The position numbers and the translations under genes are program-made. From a virus (lineage: Duplodnaviria; Caudoviricetes): a DNA stretch of 64,000 bases. Every line of letters begins with the position of its first letter. Positions within the stretch are counted from its first letter, which is position 1. The stretch lies in the IMG/VR virus record IMGVR_UViG_3300028048_003204, positions 3,454 to 67,453 of that record; one strand, written 5' to 3'. The notes beneath the pieces were generated by a model that saw only the letters and a program-made list of their open reading frames with translations, was not told where the DNA came from and did no database searches. Of this stretch, positions 19,744-28,041 are shown one piece after another.

Positions 19744-19770
19744 AAGCCAGGAGTTATTAGCCCCTGGCTT
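19744..19770 (-). terminator. Intrinsic terminator after the SSB gene
   Basis: AAGCCAGG...CCTGGCTT stem followed by ATTTT on the minus strand. Confidence 0.7.
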
Positions 19771-19779
19771 TAACTATGA

Positions 19780-20583
19780 TTAGTAATATCTAGTTGGCCT
19801 TTGCAAGCTTCCCTGATCCATTGGGGCTGGACCACCATATGGCTGTTCGTACCCATTAGGTATTGGCGTTGGTGCCATATTAGGGTTAGTTTCTGCTGTA
19901 GTAACTGTCTGATACTGATTTGGGTTACCAGCAGAAGTAGGTGGTGCCCAATTAGTATTAGGTACTGCAGAAGATTCCTTTACTCTCTCTGGAAAACTAC
20001 CTGTTCTCATATAAGTAATCATCTCATCAGCTGTCTTATCAAGTACCATTCTACCAAGTACTGAAAAACCATTAAATGCTGATATATCTACTCTATAAGC
20101 TTCTGTAGTATAAACCTGTGGATTAAGGTTTGGAATAATATCATATGTTGTATCAAGACCTGAACCATGTCTGATAATCTTGCACATAATATTTGTAAGT
20201 GGACCATAGTTATCAATATAACTCTTAAGCTTCGGTACAAATACTCCTGCAGGTCTATCCCACACTACAGCAATAGGTTCCCTTGTATTTGGGTCATACT
20301 GTAGCATCTTAATAAATACTCTCTGCTTTACCTTTTCACCAGAATTACAGAATGGGCACTTATCAAGTGGGTCATGTGGTGTTCTGATACAATTAACATT
20401 TCTGTTAGGGAATGAACTGTTACCCACAGTAACAGGGTGGACAGTAAGAATTTCAAGGTCAGATACCTGATCACAAAGAATTCTTACAATAGCTTCATCT
20501 CCGTCAGATTTGAGTGAGAAAAAACCAACATCAAATTCTGCATCATTTCTTGAAGTAACTTCATCATAACTAATCTGTGCCAT
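19780..20583 (-). CDS. gp32-like single-stranded DNA-binding protein
   Basis: FFSLKSDGDEAIVRIL, HPV...C...CPFC zinc ligands, KIIRHGSGLDTTY; own promoter and terminator. Confidence 0.8.
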   Translation of the reverse strand: MAQISYDEVTSRNDAEFDVGFFSLKSDGDEAIVRILCDQVSDLEILTVHPVTVGNSSFPNRNVNCIRTPHDPLDKCPFCNSGEKVKQRVFIKMLQYDPNTREPIAVVWDRPAGVFVPKLKSYIDNYGPLTNIMCKIIRHGSGLDTTYDIIPNLNPQVYTTEAYRVDISAFNGFSVLGRMVLDKTADEMITYMRTGSFPERVKESSAVPNTNWAPPTSAGNPNQYQTVTTAETNPNMAPTPIPNGYEQPYGGPAPMDQGSLQRPTRYY

Positions 20584-20630
20584 ATTAATCTCCTTTTACA
20601 AAACTTTCTTTATCTTTAGCACTTAATTAT

Positions 20631-20659
20631 ATTATATATTAATACTCAATAAATGTAAA
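20631..20659 (-). promoter_or_regulatory. Promoter TTTACA-N17-TATAAT for the SSB gene
   Basis: -35 at 20654-20659, -10 at 20631-20636. Confidence 0.8.
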
Positions 20660-21064
20660 CTATCTCACATCAGTTTTTGGGTCTATTGAGCATAAATATC
20701 CTTCTTTTCCAGACTTATTTTTCTGTTTTTCCCAGTAACTACGCTCACATGGAAAATATGTTATATCTATAGGTTCATCATTTTCTATTTTATAAACTAC
20801 AAATTCTTTAGTTGATTTTTTATATTTAGCATATCTACCATCACGCCTAACATAACCTAAAATATCTCCACCCACAGGTGTTTTTGCGAGCTTATCAGCA
20901 GCCTCTTCATACACCCTAGAATTTGGAAACTGACTAAATGTAAATGTCATTTTATCCGGATACTGTACATCATTAGATCTACCATCTTTTGTCACATGGC
21001 TTCTAAAATGACTTCACTTCTCACGCTCGTTATCAAATCTTTCTTCAATTTTATTTATTTTCAT
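20660..21064 (-). pseudogene. Toxin-like nuclease gene interrupted by an in-frame TGA at codon 17 (nonsense allele or readthrough)
   Basis: ATG 21064 is TAATG-coupled. MKINKIEERFDNEREK*SHFRSHV is in frame with the 111-aa ORF (YEEAADKL..PVGGDILGYVRRDGRYAKYKKSTKEFVVY...ITYF). TGA at 21014-21016. Confidence 0.65.
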
Positions 21065-21486
21065 TATTCTTCTTTCTGTATTTCTATACTATGTACACTA
21101 TCCAATTTATACAGATCTGCAATTAAATCAAGTATTTTAGAAAAAACATTATCCACACATTCTTCTTCTGGAAATAATATTAATTCTGATTTTTCAACAC
21201 CTTCTGTGTAATCTAAGAAAATACTCGGAGAAGTGTCCATAAAAGATACCCAATCGCAAGACCAAGACATCCTATAATGTTCCAATTCCTCAAATAATAT
21301 GAGTTCATCAAAACACTTTTGATTCGCTTTACAAGCTTCATCATAAGAAATATTCTCCTCTTCATTACAATATAGGTAATTAAAAACTAAACCATGTTTA
21401 GCATAAATACTATGAAGTTCATTTACAATATTAGATTCTTTATCATAGTGTCTAAACTTGACTTCTACTGTTAAATATGCACTCAT
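21064..21486 (-). CDS. Acidic hypothetical protein (immunity/partner candidate)
   Basis: 140 aa, AAGGAG RBS, own promoter, coupled to the toxin-like gene. Confidence 0.7.
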   Translation of the reverse strand: MSAYLTVEVKFRHYDKESNIVNELHSIYAKHGLVFNYLYCNEEENISYDEACKANQKCFDELILFEELEHYRMSWSCDWVSFMDTSPSIFLDYTEGVEKSELILFPEEECVDNVFSKILDLIADLYKLDSVHSIEIQKEE

Positions 21487-21526
21487 GATATAAGCTCCTT
21501 GTTATTTACAACATAATTACATAGTT

Positions 21527-21555
21527 ATTATATCAAAGTATTTATATCTTGTAAA
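21527..21555 (-). promoter_or_regulatory. Promoter TTTACA-N17-TATAAT overlapping the primase stop
   Basis: -35 at 21550-21555, -10 at 21527-21532. Confidence 0.75.
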
Positions 21556-22505
21556 TATTTAGATTTATCTACTACACTTAAATTTGTAATTTCATCTAAT
21601 GATAAATCATTAATATCTTTACCATCTGGAATTAACATAATATCCACTATCACACTACTTGGCATATTATCTATAAATCTAAGTATACCATGCCTACCAG
21701 CTAAATCTCCGTCTAGAGCTAAATGAAATATTCTAATACCAGAGTTTCTCAAAATTTCATACTGTTTTTTAGTGCCTGTACCTAATAAAGCTACTGCAGG
21801 AAAACCTAAGCTCCAACAATATAATGCGTCTATTTGACTTTCACAAACTATAACTTCTGTAATATGCTCTTGTTTTATAAAGTTTAATAAATATACAGGT
21901 TTACCTATATTTTCAGGTATATGAAAATATTTATTTTTCACATTTCGTTCTGTTATACCTAATAAATTACTATTTTCGTCCCAAACCGGAAATGTTATAG
22001 TATCTAAATTTGGATCCCAACCAACTTTAAATTTTTTAATTATGTTCTCAGTTAGTCCTCGTTGAAACATATATGGGTGGAAATATGCATATTCATTAAG
22101 AATATCTTCATTTAAATATGTTTTCTTTTCTTTAGTTAATGTTATTTCAGGTAACGATATTACAGAATCAGTTAATGTTTTTGAAAAATTATCTATTAAC
22201 CATTCTTTAGCTTCTTCAATACCACAACCAAGGCAATATGCTACTAACTCATATAATTGTCCTTGATAACCACAAGTAAAACATCTAAAAAATCCAAATG
22301 GTACATTATCATTATCATTTAATGCATATACAAAACACGAAGGATGTCTTTCCATGCCATCTTTATGAAATGGACAAGATATAGCTATATTATCTCCATG
22401 ATTTACTATACGCCCCAAATATCTATTATTTGTTTCTAGTCTTATTTTATCTAATATAGTATATAAATCACTATCTATTACATGATTATTTATTATGAGG
22501 TTCAT
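21528..22505 (-). CDS. dnaG: DnaG-type primase
   Basis: CPFH...CFTC zinc finger; TOPRIM VCESQID, ALDGDLAG, KDIND. Confidence 0.92.
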   Translation of the reverse strand: MNLIINNHVIDSDLYTILDKIRLETNNRYLGRIVNHGDNIAISCPFHKDGMERHPSCFVYALNDNDNVPFGFFRCFTCGYQGQLYELVAYCLGCGIEEAKEWLIDNFSKTLTDSVISLPEITLTKEKKTYLNEDILNEYAYFHPYMFQRGLTENIIKKFKVGWDPNLDTITFPVWDENSNLLGITERNVKNKYFHIPENIGKPVYLLNFIKQEHITEVIVCESQIDALYCWSLGFPAVALLGTGTKKQYEILRNSGIRIFHLALDGDLAGRHGILRFIDNMPSSVIVDIMLIPDGKDINDLSLDEITNLSVVDKSKYLQDINTLI

Positions 22506-22674
22506 AATCTATATACCCATCTTCATTAAATCCACCCGTTCTTTCATAAAAACTTAAAATGTTCCAAATATACAATAGTGAATCAACATCAGTATCATTT
22601 CTTATACTTTCTATAAAGTGAAATCTAATAAAATCTCTTAATGAACTTGCTTCATTATCAAAAATTTCAGTCAT
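22486..22674 (-). CDS. Small hypothetical protein
   Basis: 62 aa, TAATG-coupled to the helicase. Confidence 0.55.
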   Translation of the reverse strand: MTEIFDNEASSLRDFIRFHFIESIRNDTDVDSLLYIWNILSFYERTGGFNEDGYIDYEPHNK

Positions 22675-23939
22675 TAGAATATATCTTCTCCTTCTTCATT
22701 AAACTCAGCTCTTAATTCTTGTGTACCTTCTCCATCTAATGCGTTTGCTTCCTCAGGTACATATGTAAACATACCTTTGTTTAAATCAATAAGATATGTT
22801 ATATCTTTCATATTAGCAGAATCTCTTGACTTTATAAGATGTAAGGTCATTAAGCCATTTTTCTGCTCAAAGAATATTACAATAGTACTATCCTGCCCAA
22901 TTCTATCTGCTTGTGCAATATGCTCAAGTCCGACACCATTTTCTGTTGAAGACCTATTTTGCTGAGAAACAGATATAATTGGAATTTTCTTTGATACCTG
23001 AAGATTCTTTAAATCCTTAGAAATATTAGAAGCTTTTTCTACAGGTGATTTCGCGTGTCTATCATCTTCAAGCAAAGAATGTTGGTCTATAAATAATATA
23101 TCTAAATTTTCTTTTTCAATAAATGCTCTTAGTGCTGATACTCCAGCCGGACCATCTATCATATTTGGAGTAAGAACTTTTAAAAACCCTTTATATTTAT
23201 TAGGTAAATTGTCTAAATATCTTTTATATTCATTCTGGATAGTTCTATCACCCTTAGTTAATGCTGTATTAGAAATATTAGCTATGAGTGTATCAATTCT
23301 ATAGCCAACTTTTCTCTCACTCATCTCTCCAGAATAAATACCAACATTCAAACCTTGCTCTACTGCAGCAACTGCACATTTAAATAATACCCAAGATTTT
23401 CCCTGATTTGATCTTGCTACAATAGTTGCTAATTCTTCTTGTCTATCCCAACCACCTATAATTTCATCTAATTCTTTAAATCCTGTTTTAACATAATACT
23501 TATCAAAGTTCTCACATCTTTCAATATAAGCATCATATCGTTCAGTATTTCTTAATATATCTACAGCTTCAATATGCTTAGCTTTTACTACTGCTTCACT
23601 TGAAGAAGTATATAATTGCATAGCTGCATCTATATCACCCTTAGTTAAAAGCTCACGAATACCATTAAATATTTCAGCTAATTTTCTAGTATTACGATCA
23701 TCATATAGTTTATCTATTAAATAATCTGAAGACTCATTAACTTCAACTATATCGAAGTTAGGAAACTTATCAAGAAAAGTTAATTTATCAGGTATACTAC
23801 CATACTCATTTAAATGATTACATATAAACTCATATTCTTCTTTATAATCAGAAAAGAATTCATCTGTAATATTATTCATAAGAAGCATAGAGCTGTCTTT
23901 AGTATCTAACAAATGATTTAAAACTTGAAGTTGTATCAT
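22674..23939 (-). CDS. dnaB: DnaB-like replicative helicase
   Basis: TGFKELDEIIGG, ARSNQGKS, SGEMS, LFIDQ, VSQQNR, IGQDS, KSRD. Confidence 0.93.
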   Translation of the reverse strand: MIQLQVLNHLLDTKDSSMLLMNNITDEFFSDYKEEYEFICNHLNEYGSIPDKLTFLDKFPNFDIVEVNESSDYLIDKLYDDRNTRKLAEIFNGIRELLTKGDIDAAMQLYTSSSEAVVKAKHIEAVDILRNTERYDAYIERCENFDKYYVKTGFKELDEIIGGWDRQEELATIVARSNQGKSWVLFKCAVAAVEQGLNVGIYSGEMSERKVGYRIDTLIANISNTALTKGDRTIQNEYKRYLDNLPNKYKGFLKVLTPNMIDGPAGVSALRAFIEKENLDILFIDQHSLLEDDRHAKSPVEKASNISKDLKNLQVSKKIPIISVSQQNRSSTENGVGLEHIAQADRIGQDSTIVIFFEQKNGLMTLHLIKSRDSANMKDITYLIDLNKGMFTYVPEEANALDGEGTQELRAEFNEEGEDIF

Positions 23940-24658
23940 TTCAGCCTTATACCTCTCTTATCCATTCCTAAAAATTCTATATTTGTTGCTGTATTTATGA
24001 TTCTACTAGCCAATCTATCCCCAACAAAAGTACTAAGTTCATTAGGTACTATATTACTTGTAAATATATTAGATTTATTATCTAATAATCTTGAGTCTAT
24101 TAAACTTAATAGATGTTCGTGTTCAAACTCAGTTGCTACTTTAGTGCCAATATCGTCCCAAACAACAATATCAGCACTATTTACAAATGTATTTATATGA
24201 TCTATATAATCACTCTGAGTTGATATACTTGCTTTTAACGCTAATAAAAATTTTGGAACATTTATAAATAATACTCTACAGGTTAGTTGAGATTCTGCCC
24301 ATATTTTATTAATATAAGATTGAATTAATTTTATTGCCCAACTTGTTTTACCATTACCTGGAATTTTAGAGTATATATACAAATTATTTCCATTTTTAGT
24401 AAATGATACAATATTATCTTTTATTGTATTTAACTCTGTAAATGCCTGTAAATCAACTTTATTTACATCAAGAAGAAGAGCTTTTCTTGTTTTTTGAGCT
24501 TCAGATAATAATGCTTGATCCAATAAATAATTAATTTTATATTGTCTCATACATATCTTTATCTCACTATTCATATATGGACAAGTATCTTCTTCTGAAT
24601 TATATAATTTACAAGTATCTTTTGTAAAACAATCTACCATTAGTAACTTGTACTCCAA
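23936..24658 (-). CDS. DnaC/IstB-like helicase-loader ATPase
   Basis: GNGKT, WDDIG, IFTSN, DRLASRI. Confidence 0.85.
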   Translation of the reverse strand: MEYKLLMVDCFTKDTCKLYNSEEDTCPYMNSEIKICMRQYKINYLLDQALLSEAQKTRKALLLDVNKVDLQAFTELNTIKDNIVSFTKNGNNLYIYSKIPGNGKTSWAIKLIQSYINKIWAESQLTCRVLFINVPKFLLALKASISTQSDYIDHINTFVNSADIVVWDDIGTKVATEFEHEHLLSLIDSRLLDNKSNIFTSNIVPNELSTFVGDRLASRIINTATNIEFLGMDKRGIRLK

Positions 24659-25332
24659 TCTACATCTACAGCTTTCATATCTATTACATTATAATTTGGG
24701 TGTCTTTCTTTGTAAACTTTTACTGCCCACTTCATATCTTTCCAGCCACTAGCTGCAGCTATATTTATGATATCTAATGCTACATCTAAATTATGATTTG
24801 AAGCAGCATCAACCTCTTTTTGAGCATTAAATAAAGTTTGTTTATTTACAAAATTAATTTTTGAATATACAGAATCAAGCCAATTAGCATAAGCTTGCTG
24901 TAGTTCCATCGGCAATTTAGTATCAATATTCTTTTTCACATTTTCAAGAATATAATCACCCTTATTCTTTGAATTAGCTGCTTTTCTGAAATTCGACAAA
25001 TCTCTTCTTATCTCTTCATTTTCTTCTAACACCAGTGATGTCAAAATTTCAAGATTAATTTTTAAATGATCATTACTTAATTCTAGTATACCGAGTTTGT
25101 TTAATTCACATTCTATTTTTTCTTGTTTTGATTTAGTTAATGTAGTTCTTGCTTTTATATAATCTCTATCAACCATAAAAAAGCCATGATCTATAATCTT
25201 ATTTTTTCTAAATGCTTTTTCATTTATGTCTATTAAAGCACTAAGATATATTGCTGATTCCAATCCAAGTAGTTGAGCTAATTTAATATTAAACGATTGA
25301 TAATTAGATTGACTTAAAAGTTCTACAAGCAT
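24640..25332 (-). CDS. Replication initiator / replisome-organiser-like protein (N-terminal winged helix)
   Basis: NIKLAQLLGLESAIYL...FF.VDRDYIKARTTLT..KQ...L.KLGIL; directly upstream of loader and helicase. Confidence 0.6.
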   Translation of the reverse strand: MLVELLSQSNYQSFNIKLAQLLGLESAIYLSALIDINEKAFRKNKIIDHGFFMVDRDYIKARTTLTKSKQEKIECELNKLGILELSNDHLKINLEILTSLVLEENEEIRRDLSNFRKAANSKNKGDYILENVKKNIDTKLPMELQQAYANWLDSVYSKINFVNKQTLFNAQKEVDAASNHNLDVALDIINIAAASGWKDMKWAVKVYKERHPNYNVIDMKAVDVDWSTSY

Positions 25333-25343
25333 TAAACTTTCCC

Positions 25344-26150
25344 CTATATATCTAATATTTGTTTTATTGTATCATCATTTCTTAAAGTTATAAATGAAGT
25401 ATTAATCTTTTTATCAAATAATGCTTGATTATCACTATCAAATGTAACCAAACTATTTTTAACCTCATCAAAAACTAAATTGTATTTATATGAAAAATAT
25501 TTACAGAAATCATCATTAATATTTCTTAAATACTTTCTTAATTTTCTTAAATCAAGATTATTATGTTCATCATATACATTATTATATAGTATACCATCAA
25601 GTATAAATGCTGTTAAATAACATTTATTAATAAAATAATAATGTATCTTTTCTTCTAGTATATAATCTGATATACTATATTCTGGTTCTTCTGTTTGAGT
25701 AAAATAACCATCAACATAATCATCATATAAACTATCTAAAGAAATTATATTATTATTTATAATTCTCTTTTGTTTAAACTTTGATTCTATATAATTTTTC
25801 TTTCTGCACTGTATAGTAACAGCCATAGCCTTCATAAAAGCATTTTCATCTTTATATAAGCTACTATTAGGATTATCCCACACATGATTTTCTATCACAT
25901 ATTGAAATGTTTGTATAAATATGTCATAGCATTCTTCACAAGATAACTTTGCATTATTACCAACATAATATATTCTTTGTAAAAGATTCCAAGCATTACA
26001 AAGTAAAAAACTTGTGTATGCATTTTTATCTTCTAAAGAAGAACTAGATAAATATAGCTCTGCAATTTCATTACAACTATATTTATCTAGCTTTGTTTTA
26101 TTTATTTTATAATTATTCTCAAAAGGTTCTTTTAATTCACTTAATGTCAT
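25344..26150 (-). CDS. Sigma-70-like (region 2) transcription factor
   Basis: EECYDIFIQTFQYVIE...AFMKAMAVTIQCRKKNYI...IISLDSL. Confidence 0.6.
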   Translation of the reverse strand: MTLSELKEPFENNYKINKTKLDKYSCNEIAELYLSSSSLEDKNAYTSFLLCNAWNLLQRIYYVGNNAKLSCEECYDIFIQTFQYVIENHVWDNPNSSLYKDENAFMKAMAVTIQCRKKNYIESKFKQKRIINNNIISLDSLYDDYVDGYFTQTEEPEYSISDYILEEKIHYYFINKCYLTAFILDGILYNNVYDEHNNLDLRKLRKYLRNINDDFCKYFSYKYNLVFDEVKNSLVTFDSDNQALFDKKINTSFITLRNDDTIKQILDI

Positions 26151-26719
26151 TATTCAAACAAACTTATTATATGATCTATTGCATCTCTTGAAGCATAACT
26201 CCAAGCGTGCCCCTGGAATTTATTATTATTTTCGCAAGCTTTATATATTTTATCACAGTCTTTAATTCTTGACCCCATATATCTCATAGCTGCAGATGCA
26301 TTAATAAATATGAGATCAGAATCCATAACCACAGCTCTTGACTCATTAGGAAATCTATGATTACCAGCCACTTCAGCAGCTTTTATCCAATCTTCTTTTG
26401 TAACCTCTTTATCATATTCATTAATATCATAGCTTGGTACATAGACTATTGATTCTGCTTTTCTTTTCAATTCAGCTTTGCGCTTTTCTTCAGATTCAAC
26501 TTTCAACTTTTCTACAAATGGAATTATATCTTCATCATCTGTAGTGAAAAAACCATTCTCTTCAAATGCTTTTATAGAAAATTTTGAAAAAGCACCATTA
26601 TTGAACTGAACTGAAACTTTAGATTTAAGCTGATCTTCTGGGTTAATTTCAAGATCTGTAATTACGCCAGTTCCAAATTTAACTGTATTTTTGTGATTTA
26701 CATTAGCTCCGATAAACAT
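26150..26719 (-). CDS. Tudor-like (UvrD/PcrA C-terminal type) + NUMOD1-like HTH protein
   Basis: VNHKNTVKFGTGVITDLE...VSVQF; C-terminal IFINASAAMRYMG...IYKAC...FQGHAWSY. Confidence 0.55.
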   Translation of the reverse strand: MFIGANVNHKNTVKFGTGVITDLEINPEDQLKSKVSVQFNNGAFSKFSIKAFEENGFFTTDDEDIIPFVEKLKVESEEKRKAELKRKAESIVYVPSYDINEYDKEVTKEDWIKAAEVAGNHRFPNESRAVVMDSDLIFINASAAMRYMGSRIKDCDKIYKACENNNKFQGHAWSYASRDAIDHIISLFE

Positions 26720-26769
26720 AATAGACCCTCCTTTATATTGTATGTTTAACTATAGCTTTACAATTTTAA

Positions 26770-26907
26770 TCAATCTGTAGGAGTAAACTTTATGATTTTT
26801 CCGTGCTTGAGAATTTCTATCTTCTTCTCAGAAGCAGAAAGCCCATGATACCAGCAAGTGTACCCATCTTCAAATACATACCACCCACGAGTCTTACTCT
26901 TAGCCAT
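26770..26907 (-). CDS. Unannotated 45-aa protein MAKSKTRGWYVFEDGYTCWYHGLSASEKKIEILKHGKIIKFTPTD
   Basis: AAGGAGG RBS 7 nt before ATG; dedicated consensus promoter. Confidence 0.75.
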   Translation of the reverse strand: MAKSKTRGWYVFEDGYTCWYHGLSASEKKIEILKHGKIIKFTPTD

Positions 26908-26950
26908 TATTGCACCTCCTTACATATTAATATCCCTTGATTACATTATT

Positions 26951-26979
26951 ATTATAATGTATAAATCGTTAAAAGTAAA
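26951..26979 (-). promoter_or_regulatory. Promoter TTTACT-N17-TATAAT
   Basis: -35 at 26974-26979, -10 at 26951-26956. Confidence 0.8.
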
Positions 26980-26988
26980 TACGATAAT

Positions 26989-28041
26989 TTAAAAAAGATC
27001 TAATTTATGTTTAGTTTTTCCATACAATTCAACTGTTTCCACATCATTGAAAATAGTATATTTTTCTTTCAATAACTTTACAGGATTTATTTTAGGATCA
27101 GCACCCATACATTCAGAGTATTTTCTGTAATCAACGGCTAGCATTTTTAGTCCCTTTTGCTCTCTTGTTTTTATCCAAGGTACATCTTTAAAATAAGGTA
27201 GCATTTGATTATACTGCTTTTCATATCGTTCCATTGCAGATGCAGATTTATCACCATTAAACTCTGGATTAGGTGGATCAGCTACATAACCTATAAAGTT
27301 AATTCTAATAAATTTTAACCCTGCCATTAAGCACCTAAACTGTAAATCTAAATCCTCATGACCAAAAGAATTATCTCTATATGTTAAATTATTTTCTTTA
27401 AGTTTGTCTACATCACATATAGTTAGTACTGCGAATGGACCCCTATTAAACTCTACTGAATATTGTGGTAAATGATTTGGTGTTACTGGCCAAGTATGAG
27501 CTGTACAAGGTAAATTACTACCAACTATTTCTGGGTATTTTTCTTTTACAACCATATATGTTAATTGCCACATAGCTAATATTTTAAATAAATCTGTAGG
27601 ATTATATTTAGTACCAAATCTACAACCACCTTTTGGTGTGTATGTAGGTGTAGTAAAGCAAACTTGCTGAATATCATCATCAAATAAAAAGATATTACCA
27701 TTAAATCTTTTTATAATTTCTATTCTAGCCTTACCTGCACCATTTATTAAATCATCAGGTGCAGTAATAATATGTACATTTTTTATATTAACTACTTCTG
27801 CTTCATACTCTGCTTTCTGAGATTCTCTAACCAAATAATAAGCTTGAAAATTATAATTATCAATATTATTATTTTTAAACATTCTTAAAAGCTTATTTTT
27901 GGATCTATTATATGATGGTATAACTATAGGAAAACAATTATCTTTTATTATATCATAAGCCCTATCATATAATAGTTGTGAGAACCACTTGCCATTTTTA
28001 GTTAATTCAGCACATTTATCAAAATCAAAATTCGGTTCCAT
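26989..28041 (-). CDS. Second TAGT/GREB1-like GT-A glycosyltransferase
   Basis: IVIPSYNR, VRESQKAEY, GAGKAR, FLFDDDI, GHEDLDLQFRCLMAG. Confidence 0.75.
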   Translation of the reverse strand: MEPNFDFDKCAELTKNGKWFSQLLYDRAYDIIKDNCFPIVIPSYNRSKNKLLRMFKNNNIDNYNFQAYYLVRESQKAEYEAEVVNIKNVHIITAPDDLINGAGKARIEIIKRFNGNIFLFDDDIQQVCFTTPTYTPKGGCRFGTKYNPTDLFKILAMWQLTYMVVKEKYPEIVGSNLPCTAHTWPVTPNHLPQYSVEFNRGPFAVLTICDVDKLKENNLTYRDNSFGHEDLDLQFRCLMAGLKFIRINFIGYVADPPNPEFNGDKSASAMERYEKQYNQMLPYFKDVPWIKTREQKGLKMLAVDYRKYSECMGADPKINPVKLLKEKYTIFNDVETVELYGKTKHKLDLF

